Part shown: positions 34,695 to 41,362 of the stretch, in pieces
Layout: the number at the start of each line of letters is the position of its first letter
Numbering within the stretch: the stretch's first letter is position 1
Virus record (IMG/VR): IMGVR_UViG_3300022555_000015
Origin: a virus
Lineage: Duplodnaviria > Heunggongvirae > Uroviricota > Caudoviricetes
DNA: 41,362 nt
Strand: one strand, 5' to 3'
Translations under genes and position numbers: made by a program
Notes under the pieces: generated by a model
Seen by the model: the letters and a program-made list of their open reading frames with translations, nothing else
The model's database searches: none
What the model was told of the DNA's origin: nothing

Positions 34695-34768
34695 CTAGGT
34701 TGGAATTCTTCGGCCAGTTTCGGCAGTCTTCGGCGGCCGAAACTGGCTGCCGAAGGTTTTCAACCTAG
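34695..34768. other. 74-nt imperfect hairpin capped by C(TTCG)G
   Basis: CTAGGTTG/CAACCTAG, CTTCGGC/GCCGAAG and CAGTTTCGGC/GCCGAAACTG stack into one stem; loop c-TTCG-g at 34728-34733. Confidence 0.75.
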
Positions 34769-34794
34769 AATTTCAAGTATGCGGAATCTATTGA

Positions 34795-34851
34795 CTTTCT
34801 CTTAATCTCTCTGACTGTATCTTTGATACAGTCAGAGAGATTAAGAGAAAG
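34795..34851. repeat. perfect inverted repeat, 27-bp arms, 3-nt spacer
   Basis: CTTTCTCTTAATCTCTCTGACTGTATC-ttt-GATACAGTCAGAGAGATTAAGAGAAAG. Confidence 0.95.
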
Positions 34852-34912
34852 CTCGGGGAATACACATACACACCTTGCCCACACTGTACTTACTGTAGGT
34901 TCACGATTCCGA

Positions 34913-34939
34913 GTTAAGATTCGGTCGGGGTGTAGTAAG
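34913..34939 (+). promoter_or_regulatory. bipartite motif; ATG 6 nt downstream
   Basis: GTTAAGATT-N12-AGTAAG-tagggc-ATG(34946). Confidence 0.85.
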
Positions 34940-34945
34940 TAGGGC

Positions 34946-35329
34946 ATGACCACAACGGCAAACCTGAAGAAGTCCCAGGTCGTCAACATCAGGGTCCTTC
35001 TCCAGTCCATCGGGAGTGAGTTTCTTGCCCGGTTCAACGGGGGGGCCAAGGTGAAGTGTGCGACCATCACGGAGTTGGCTGTCATGGACGGCTTCTTCTT
35101 CGATGGTCGGCTCACGGCTGACACGGACCTGGGGATGGTCACGGTGGGTCTGATCCTGCGGAATCCCCTGACCCTGGAGTACAAGCTTTACGGTCGGATC
35201 GTGGCTTCCAGTGGGTCCAGCGATGGTTTCGTTCAGAGTTCCAGCAAGGGCACCCTGGACATCACGGGCAAGACGGTCCCGGCAATCGTGGCGGAACTGG
35301 GCAAGTGCATCAAGTACATGAAGGAGTAG
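34946..35329 (+). CDS. hypothetical protein, family H
   Basis: FFFDGRL...YKLYGRI; paralog of 36084. Confidence 0.8.
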   Translation: MTTTANLKKSQVVNIRVLLQSIGSEFLARFNGGAKVKCATITELAVMDGFFFDGRLTADTDLGMVTVGLILRNPLTLEYKLYGRIVASSGSSDGFVQSSSKGTLDITGKTVPAIVAELGKCIKYMKE

Positions 35330-35334
35330 GTACG

Positions 35335-35721
35335 ATGAATTACTACATGACACCCCAACAGGATTCCAAGCGAACCAAGCTCCTGCATGACCCGGAGTAC
35401 CGAACGTCCAAGGGCCTGGACGGGACTGTGGATGCCATCGTGAAGTGGCTGGAGGCTAACCCGGACAAGTTCATGGTAGTCTCCCTGAGCTATGAGAAGC
35501 CTGTCAGGGGACGAAGCAAGCTCGTCGCCAAGGTGCTCTTCAATGATCACAATTACGGGACGGAGACCCCTCACTCCTGTATCTGTGGAGAACTGTCCCA
35601 GTGGTTCGCAGAAGCCATGCACTTCTTCCGGGGGCTGAAGGGTGTGACCCTGACGGAGATGAACCCTGTGAGCTTCACTCAGAGATTCGGCTTCATCGTC
35701 CACTCCAAGGGTACGGGGTAA
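35335..35721 (+). CDS. hypothetical protein (start revised from 35305)
   Basis: AAGGAG upstream; MNYYMTPQQDSKR. Confidence 0.7.
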   Translation: MNYYMTPQQDSKRTKLLHDPEYRTSKGLDGTVDAIVKWLEANPDKFMVVSLSYEKPVRGRSKLVAKVLFNDHNYGTETPHSCICGELSQWFAEAMHFFRGLKGVTLTEMNPVSFTQRFGFIVHSKGTG

Positions 35722-35723
35722 AC

Positions 35724-36035
35724 ATGAGTGGCATCAGAGTAGTCTTCTCCCGTAGTGACAACCCTACAACCATCATCTTGACCGACAAGATCGAGTTCAA
35801 GGTTGAGGATGACATCCCCTACATCGAGTTCGGCCAGAAACTCACGATGGAGATTCTGGAAGCGATCTTCCAGCGATACCTGGGTATCTACGGGCTGGAG
35901 ATTCATTCCGTGGGGTACACAAACAAAACCACCAATGCCTACTACAAGAACACCTTGGACATCAGCACTGAGGTTCTGAAGGAAGGGATCATGCAGTTGT
36001 TCTCCTGGATGGGCCACGCACAGGCACCCTTCTGA
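35724..36035 (+). CDS. hypothetical protein, family I (start revised from 35601)
   Basis: taa-ac-ATG; YGLEIHSV...AYYKNTL. Confidence 0.7.
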   Translation: MSGIRVVFSRSDNPTTIILTDKIEFKVEDDIPYIEFGQKLTMEILEAIFQRYLGIYGLEIHSVGYTNKTTNAYYKNTLDISTEVLKEGIMQLFSWMGHAQAPF

Positions 36036-36041
36036 TTTCAA

Positions 36042-36068
36042 GTTAAGATTCAACCCAGCTACGGTAAG
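36042..36068 (+). promoter_or_regulatory. bipartite motif; ATG 15 nt downstream
   Basis: GTTAAGATT-N12-GGTAAG-tagagtgaggtaacc-ATG(36084). Confidence 0.85.
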
Positions 36069-36083
36069 TAGAGTGAGGTAACC

Positions 36084-36560
36084 ATGAAGATCCGTAAGAT
36101 CATCGGTCGGAAGATGTACGAAGTCGAGGTCCCTGACCCGAATCCCCACAATCTCCCTCCCGAGATTCTGAAGCCGGGTACCAGTGCCGAATGGCTAGAA
36201 TCCATTGGGAATGTCTTCCTCCGCAAGTACCACTTCGGAGCCAAGGTGCTCCGTCACGGGGTCCGACAGATTTACAATGCCCCAGGGTCCTACTTCTTTG
36301 AGGGCCGTCTCTCGGAGGATTCTGCCTCCCTCGTCACGGGCATCTGCCTCTCCTTCACCCCTGGTATCCGGTACCTGGGCTACAAGCTGTATGGTCAGTT
36401 CACGGCTGACCCAGAAGGATTGATGAACTTCTCACAGAAGGTTGTTGGTGGTGTGGTCAAGATCACAACCCTGAAAGAAGTAGCTTCCAGGACCGTGGAA
36501 GACATCGTGGAAGACATTGCCTTCAACATTCGAGACCTCAACCCCAACGTGTTTGCGTGA
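36084..36560 (+). CDS. hypothetical protein, family H
   Basis: YFFEGRL...YKLYGQF. Confidence 0.8.
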   Translation: MKIRKIIGRKMYEVEVPDPNPHNLPPEILKPGTSAEWLESIGNVFLRKYHFGAKVLRHGVRQIYNAPGSYFFEGRLSEDSASLVTGICLSFTPGIRYLGYKLYGQFTADPEGLMNFSQKVVGGVVKITTLKEVASRTVEDIVEDIAFNIRDLNPNVFA

Positions 36561-36868
36561 GCACCCTGAAGTTCCTGTTCCGGGATGCTCATTCACACAT
36601 TCCCGAGAAGATTATCTGGTCTGACCTCATCAATGTCTTCCAGAACTCCGTAGGGAATTACATCACCTTTGGTCAGGATCTAACTGATCTTGAGGTTCGT
36701 GCTCTCTGGGAAGGTCCCTGGGGAAAGATGACCAGAGAGCTTGGCATCTCCGTTACCAGGATCTTGCAGAGCAAAGATACAGGGAATACTAGAGTTTACT
36801 ACAAGCCTACGCTCAGTCCCTACAACTGGAAGGGCTTCCTGGGCTTCATCCGAAGGCAGTCAACATGA
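36557..36868 (+). CDS. hypothetical protein, family I
   Basis: LGISVTRI...VYYKPTLS. Confidence 0.75.
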   Translation: MSTLKFLFRDAHSHIPEKIIWSDLINVFQNSVGNYITFGQDLTDLEVRALWEGPWGKMTRELGISVTRILQSKDTGNTRVYYKPTLSPYNWKGFLGFIRRQST

Positions 36869-37203
36869 CCCGTAGATTCATCTTCTCGGTTGAAGATAGA
36901 CCGACAACCCTCATCAGAGCTTCTGCTATTCGTGCAAGGCAGTACACGGACTTCGGTCAGATTGTGATGCAGAGCGGGTTGAGCTACCAGGAAGTCAAGG
37001 ACTTCTTTGACCAGTACTTGTATCGGTACTTTGGTATCACCATCACCAAGGTTGATACTGACTCCGAGACAACTACGGTCTCCTATAGCCCAAAGCTTTC
37101 CGGGGAACGCTTCGATCTCCTCCGAAAGTTCTTCAATGAACTCCCCTACACCCCAGAGTCTCTCATGTGGAAGTGGGATCAGACCATCAGGGAGGCTCCA
37201 TGA
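36865..37203 (+). CDS. hypothetical protein, family I
   Basis: FGITITKV...VSYSPKLS. Confidence 0.75.
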   Translation: MTRRFIFSVEDRPTTLIRASAIRARQYTDFGQIVMQSGLSYQEVKDFFDQYLYRYFGITITKVDTDSETTTVSYSPKLSGERFDLLRKFFNELPYTPESLMWKWDQTIREAP

Positions 37204-37514
37204 ACTTCCTCTTCGTCAAGGGTCCTGTGGCAGTCCTCAACCTGGACGATGTTCATGTTGGGCAGGATAAACTGGGTAACCGAATCCGATTCCCAGAGGA
37301 GTTCCATGCGGAGTGTATCCTGCATCTCTTCCTCCAGGAACTAACCCCCAACTTCGGTATCAAGCTAACTCAAGTAACCTGCTACATGGGCACATACCCT
37401 GGAGAACACAAACACTACATTGCCTACTATAAGCCCAAGCTCTCGGATGAACAATTGACGGACCTCCGGTTGTCTTTCCTGGAACACCTAACCTCCAACC
37501 ACACCTTTAAGTGA
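37200..37514 (+). CDS. hypothetical protein, family I (start revised from 37167)
   Basis: ATGA overlap plus GGAGG; FGIKLTQV...AYYKPKLS. Confidence 0.8.
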   Translation: MNFLFVKGPVAVLNLDDVHVGQDKLGNRIRFPEEFHAECILHLFLQELTPNFGIKLTQVTCYMGTYPGEHKHYIAYYKPKLSDEQLTDLRLSFLEHLTSNHTFK

Positions 37515-37518
37515 AGCC

Positions 37519-37836
37519 ATGACCAAGAAGCTCCTTTTCGTTCAAGGCCCCGTCCTGGTGTTCAACACACAGAAGATCGACGTTGGGCAAGATGAACTGG
37601 GTAATCGAATCGTCTTCCATGATAACCAGCCTAGGGCTGCAATCCTGGAGTTCTTCACCCAACTCATGGCACCCCACTTCGGGATCAGTCCGGTTATGAT
37701 TGAGAACGATATCCCCAATCCATCAACCTTTGGTAAGTGCAGTATGGCTTACTACAGCCCGGCACTGTCACCTGAGAAGTTGATGGACCTTCGGGACTAC
37801 ATCCTCCATCTCACCATCCCAGCCAACAGGTTCTGA
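37519..37836 (+). CDS. hypothetical protein, family I
   Basis: VGQDELGNRI matches VGQDKLGNRI; FGIS...AYYSPALS. Confidence 0.8.
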   Translation: MTKKLLFVQGPVLVFNTQKIDVGQDELGNRIVFHDNQPRAAILEFFTQLMAPHFGISPVMIENDIPNPSTFGKCSMAYYSPALSPEKLMDLRDYILHLTIPANRF

Positions 37837-37839
37837 ACC

Positions 37840-38586
37840 ATGATCATTCGAATCACCAACCGTTGCCGTATGGGCTGTTCCCACTGTCTGATCCATGAGT
37901 CCGGGCCCGAGGGTGCCCACATGGAACGGGGAACCTTCCGTAAGGCACTCTATCTAGCAGCGGACATCGGAGCCCAGATCATCCTCATCTCTGGTGGCGA
38001 ACCCTTCGAACACCCGGACCTGGAAGACATGGTGACTTCGGTTCCGATCATGGGGAAGCTCCTAGGTGTGGAGTTCAGAGTTCTCATCGCTTCCAATGGG
38101 ATGTTCCTGGAGGATGAGGCCAAGTACAAGATGGCTCTGTCTTTGAAGGTTCCCATCCAGATCACCAGGGACCCGGAATTCTATCCTTTGCCCCTCAGTG
38201 ACCTTGCCCGGCAGAGGGTGGATGCAGCCGAGATGATGGTGGTGGAAGAAGTCATCTCAGGCAACATCACCCCCTGTGATCGTGTGAGGGACAATGGGAT
38301 TGAGGTTTCCAGGGTCTCTCCTATGTGTTTCAACTTCCGGTCTGCCGTCAGAGCCAAGGGCATCCATACCGGGATGGCCCTTCTCCAGCAAGCCGGGAAG
38401 TTCTGTTGCCCTGCCGTGAACGTGGATGGGACTCTGGTAGCTGGGGAAGCAGATACCTGTGCCCCCATCGGAGACGTGAACTCTGGGGCACTGGAGATTG
38501 AACGGGCTATCAAGAAGCTCGTTTGCCGAAGGTGTCACTTGACAGACAACCTGGACGAGCTTCATCTTCAGGCAATCGAAGGATAG
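37840..38586 (+). CDS. radical-SAM protein with C-terminal Cys cluster (SPASM/twitch-like)
   Basis: CRMGCSHC, ISGGEPF, SNG; C-terminal FCCPAVNVDG...CAPIG...CRRC. Confidence 0.85.
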   Translation: MIIRITNRCRMGCSHCLIHESGPEGAHMERGTFRKALYLAADIGAQIILISGGEPFEHPDLEDMVTSVPIMGKLLGVEFRVLIASNGMFLEDEAKYKMALSLKVPIQITRDPEFYPLPLSDLARQRVDAAEMMVVEEVISGNITPCDRVRDNGIEVSRVSPMCFNFRSAVRAKGIHTGMALLQQAGKFCCPAVNVDGTLVAGEADTCAPIGDVNSGALEIERAIKKLVCRRCHLTDNLDELHLQAIEG

Positions 38587-38596
38587 GAAGGTAGCC

Positions 38597-38848
38597 ATGC
38601 CGTACAGTTGGGATGACAAGACGGATGCTAGGCCCGAAGGTTTCTATGATGCCTTTGATAGTGGACAACGGTGTGGGAAGTCCATGCTGAGTTTCGAGGA
38701 ATTCAAGCAAGAGGTACTCAAACCTCTTCCAGTGCTCAGGGTGCTCCCAGGGGCTACCGAAGAGGTTCAGGAAGCAATGTTGGGAGAGTTCCTGACCCTT
38801 GTATTCACGGGCCCTCTTCTGTTCAATCCCTTGAAAGAGAACCTTTAG
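38597..38848 (+). CDS. hypothetical protein
   Basis: 83-aa ORF, GGAAGG upstream; converges with the GNAT-like gene. Confidence 0.6.
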   Translation: MPYSWDDKTDARPEGFYDAFDSGQRCGKSMLSFEEFKQEVLKPLPVLRVLPGATEEVQEAMLGEFLTLVFTGPLLFNPLKENL

Positions 38849-39297
38849 GGTCTCTCTCGGATCTTCCATACCACAACGAAACCTTCTCTATCCACTAATT
38901 CCCCAAATCGTTTACCCTGCCACACTCGACGGGCATCCCTACTGGTCCCTCCCTCTGCATACCAGCTTGGGATCAACACAGCCTTATGGGATTCCCATAC
39001 CATCTTTGCCGCAAGGGCATACATGGAAGTCCCTAGCCCTAGATTGTGGAACCTTTGCCCCATGGAAGACCCTTGAACATGAAACATGGGGGGAGTCCCT
39101 CCAATTTCTGGATGACGGACTAGGAGTTTGTCCAGGTCTTCGATGCACTCCTGGATTGGTCTTCCCATAAGGAGTGCAGCGTTCAGCATCCCATGAGGGT
39201 CATTCCCGAAGAATAGATCAATGTGGAGAGTGTCAGGGGTTGGCCTGCAACCATAGATCGTGATTGGAACAGGGTATATGCTAGAACCCGCTGCCAT
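38845..39297 (-). CDS. GNAT-like acetyltransferase; start uncertain
   Basis: RFHNLGLGTSMY (R/QxxGxG/A-like) and TSRDARRVW. Confidence 0.6.
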   Translation of the reverse strand: MAAGSSIYPVPITIYGCRPTPDTLHIDLFFGNDPHGMLNAALLMGRPIQECIEDLDKLLVRHPEIGGTPPMFHVQGSSMGQRFHNLGLGTSMYALAAKMVWESHKAVLIPSWYAEGGTSRDARRVWQGKRFGELVDREGFVVVWKIRERP

Positions 39298-39709
39298 CCC
39301 CGTATCTCTGCTCAAAGATAGCACTCATAGGAGTGCCAAATTTGGCACCTAGCTCCATCACCGTCAGGAACGGGAAGGGTAGAAGGATCTGGGCAGAGAC
39401 ACAGTCTTCTCCAGCCGTGATGTGCTTGCAGCCATCAATTCTATTGATACTGATGCACTCCAAAACCTCCTCTACCTTGTCCTTCCAGGCACCTGAAAGA
39501 ATATCCCCTTCGGTGGGTAAGGGTTGAACATCGGGGAATAGCTCACGATCCAATTGCCACACGTCAAGCCAACGAGTGATGTGTGCAATGAGTTGCTCTG
39601 GGGTCTCTACTGTCTTGAGCTCCCTGACGTAGGAATGAGTGATAGTGTCAGGGCAACTGTCACCCATCCCTACGATGTTCTTCACTGGAAGTCGGTATAG
39701 GGCTTTCAT
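39281..39709 (-). CDS. hypothetical protein
   Basis: 142-aa ORF, ATGA-coupled. Confidence 0.7.
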   Translation of the reverse strand: MKALYRLPVKNIVGMGDSCPDTITHSYVRELKTVETPEQLIAHITRWLDVWQLDRELFPDVQPLPTEGDILSGAWKDKVEEVLECISINRIDGCKHITAGEDCVSAQILLPFPFLTVMELGAKFGTPMSAIFEQRYGDGSGF

Positions 39710-39936
39710 GTTTCCTCTCGGACAATTCTGGTAGAGAGCCTTCGTCTAGCCCTACGAAGACCTTTCTTCATTCCCCAGAGCCACTTCTTGTGATTATTCT
39801 TTCCACGATGGCAGGGGACTCCTCCGATATGAGGCAATACCCCATTCATCCCAGATATCTCAGCCTTGGTATTGAGGCCCCTATGCTTCATCACCCACCC
39901 CTGACGGTTGCATTCCCACAGACAGGTTTTGCCCAT
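39706..39936 (-). CDS. small basic protein
   Basis: KKGLRRARRRLS. Confidence 0.6.
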   Translation of the reverse strand: MGKTCLWECNRQGWVMKHRGLNTKAEISGMNGVLPHIGGVPCHRGKNNHKKWLWGMKKGLRRARRRLSTRIVREET

Positions 39937-39939
39937 TTC

Positions 39940-40827
39940 CTACCTTGCACAGAAGACTTGTAGGAACCGTTCATGGTTGTAGTCTGTGATGATCCAAGTA
40001 TGGGAGCCCAAATAAAGATGGGACCCCCATTCCCCATTTTCACGGTAAATCTCTACTTCGGCCCAAGAGCCTATCCCCTCATCAATTGCACAACAAGCTG
40101 CAAGGGGGTCATGGAGTGCCTTTCCCTTGGGGTTCTTTGCAAGGTACACTTCCATCCCATGGTAGATCAAGTCTAGGGACCGACTTTCAATCCTCAGAGG
40201 CTCAACCCTCTTGTGGATCTCCTGGTCATAGATGACCCCATGACAGACATTCTTCGATACGAAGTGACGTTCATCAATCCCTGAGCAATCCAGGACATCA
40301 AAGGCAGACCTGGGATCACCATTGAGATTGAAAGTAGGGCAGGTAGTTCGGCCTTTGAACTTGGGAAGTTGCTTCTCTGGAGGCACAACCCCTTCACCCG
40401 CAAATCCTCCCTGGGCATACAACCGTCCCAACCGTAGAGGAGTGCCTTCCCTGATTCCAAGGGCAATTGCAGCCCCAAGGTTCTTCAAGGGTGCCCCTGT
40501 GACCATCGTTGTACTCTGGTCACAGATTCGCAAGATCAACTCAGGACCGTACTCTGCTTCTCCATCAGGTTTGCATTCCCCGTAGGCTCTGTAGTGCCAA
40601 GGGGAAACACAATCCTTGGGGTAGTTCCGATCATAGGCACCAACAGGGATATCCTTCCCCATCAGGTGCATTCCATGTTTCACTACCCCGATCTGTGCAG
40701 GAGTCCCAGGAGTAATCGTGACAGCTTTCAGGTCAACCCTGGGATGGCCCAACAGGAGCAAGAGAGTCAGGAAGTCATCAGGGTCTTGGGTTTCCATGTC
40801 CCAGACCATAGGGATTCGGTCGGTCAT
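39940..40827 (-). CDS. inosine-uridine-type nucleoside hydrolase family protein (start revised from 40854)
   Basis: DMETQDPDD Asp motif, TGAPLKNL, QGG, FNLNGDP, ALHDPLAA; ATGA overlap. Confidence 0.85.
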   Translation of the reverse strand: MTDRIPMVWDMETQDPDDFLTLLLLLGHPRVDLKAVTITPGTPAQIGVVKHGMHLMGKDIPVGAYDRNYPKDCVSPWHYRAYGECKPDGEAEYGPELILRICDQSTTMVTGAPLKNLGAAIALGIREGTPLRLGRLYAQGGFAGEGVVPPEKQLPKFKGRTTCPTFNLNGDPRSAFDVLDCSGIDERHFVSKNVCHGVIYDQEIHKRVEPLRIESRSLDLIYHGMEVYLAKNPKGKALHDPLAACCAIDEGIGSWAEVEIYRENGEWGSHLYLGSHTWIITDYNHERFLQVFCAR

Positions 40828-41362
40828 TTCACTTTCCCGATTGCAGTTCTGCATCTCTGACAGATCCAGACTTCGGAAACTTCACAAGGAGACCTTCCTT
40901 TGATGACTCCCTCCGTAGGGTGCTCAGGACACTGAGGGGCCAATTCAAAGTAGGGCATGGAAGGGTCCACACCATTGAATTCACGGACCATCTGGCAGCA
41001 TAGACGGTCTAGTTCCCGCCTATCAGGGCTCTTGGGCAATGCCTTGGTGGTCTTGTAGATTTCATCCAGTTCCTTGTCCTGTGTATGAGTCCACTCCACC
41101 AGTTGATCATAGGTGTAGGCACCGTTGCGGATTGCCAGTAGCTCTTCAAAGTCAGGTCGGTAAACGAATACCTCTCCCTGAGTGAGAATCTCTCGGCACA
41201 TACGCAAGAGCCTGACAAGGTGCATTGCATGTTTGGTATTACCCTGAATTGCTACATTTCCATTGCGGCGTGTAACTAGTACCTCATTTGGCACTGTGAA
41301 GCACACGATCCTAGCATTCTTCACATTTTCGACAGTGATGTGCTGTGACCCCTCACGACGAA
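40824..41362 (-). CDS. C-terminal part of a Pol-beta superfamily (RlaP/YcgL-like) nucleotidyltransferase with intein; 5' end outside window
   Basis: TKHAMHLVRLLRMCREIL...RPDFEELLAIRNG...LDRLC; frame open to window end. Confidence 0.8.
   Translation of the reverse strand, partial: RREGSQHITVENVKNARIVCFTVPNEVLVTRRNGNVAIQGNTKHAMHLVRLLRMCREILTQGEVFVYRPDFEELLAIRNGAYTYDQLVEWTHTQDKELDEIYKTTKALPKSPDRRELDRLCCQMVREFNGVDPSMPYFELAPQCPEHPTEGVIKGRSPCEVSEVWICQRCRTAIGKVK
41238..41362 (-). mobile_element. C-terminal end of an intein (blocks F/G)
   Basis: IVCFTVPNEVLVTRRNGNVAIQGN followed by Thr as the +1 extein residue. Confidence 0.85.

Overview
About 41 kb of what looks like the accessory (probably early-expressed) region of a large dsDNA bacteriophage. 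The viral assignment is inferred from ~90 tightly packed short ORFs, ATGA/GTGA overlaps and the gene types; no structural or core replication genes are present, and the host is not identifiable. Recognisable proteins: an ECF-like sigma factor, two radical-SAM proteins, a P-loop polynucleotide-kinase-like protein, a T4 Rnl1-like RNA ligase, an HNH-RNA ligase fusion, a class I methyltransferase, a ParB/DGQHR-like protein with a truncated duplicate, an excisionase-like HTH, a GNAT-like protein, a nucleoside hydrolase and an intein-interrupted Pol-beta (RlaP-like) nucleotidyltransferase running off the right edge. Most other ORFs fall into about ten locally expanded paralog families. Strongest unannotated signals: (1) a bipartite motif GTTAAGATT-N12-RGTAAG at 16 sites on both strands, always just upstream of a start codon and exactly 6 nt before ATG at 10 of 16 sites (geometry of a leaderless promoter); (2) 12 copies of a ~70-aa dsRBD-topology/HicB-like domain over 7 genes; (3) a perfect 27-bp-arm palindrome plus a 74-nt cUUCGg-capped hairpin between divergent promoters; (4) G-tract repeats and a palindrome flanking the ParB-like duplication. 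Several ORF-track starts were revised using promoter geometry and stop/start coupling. All protein calls come from visual motif recognition, not database searches.
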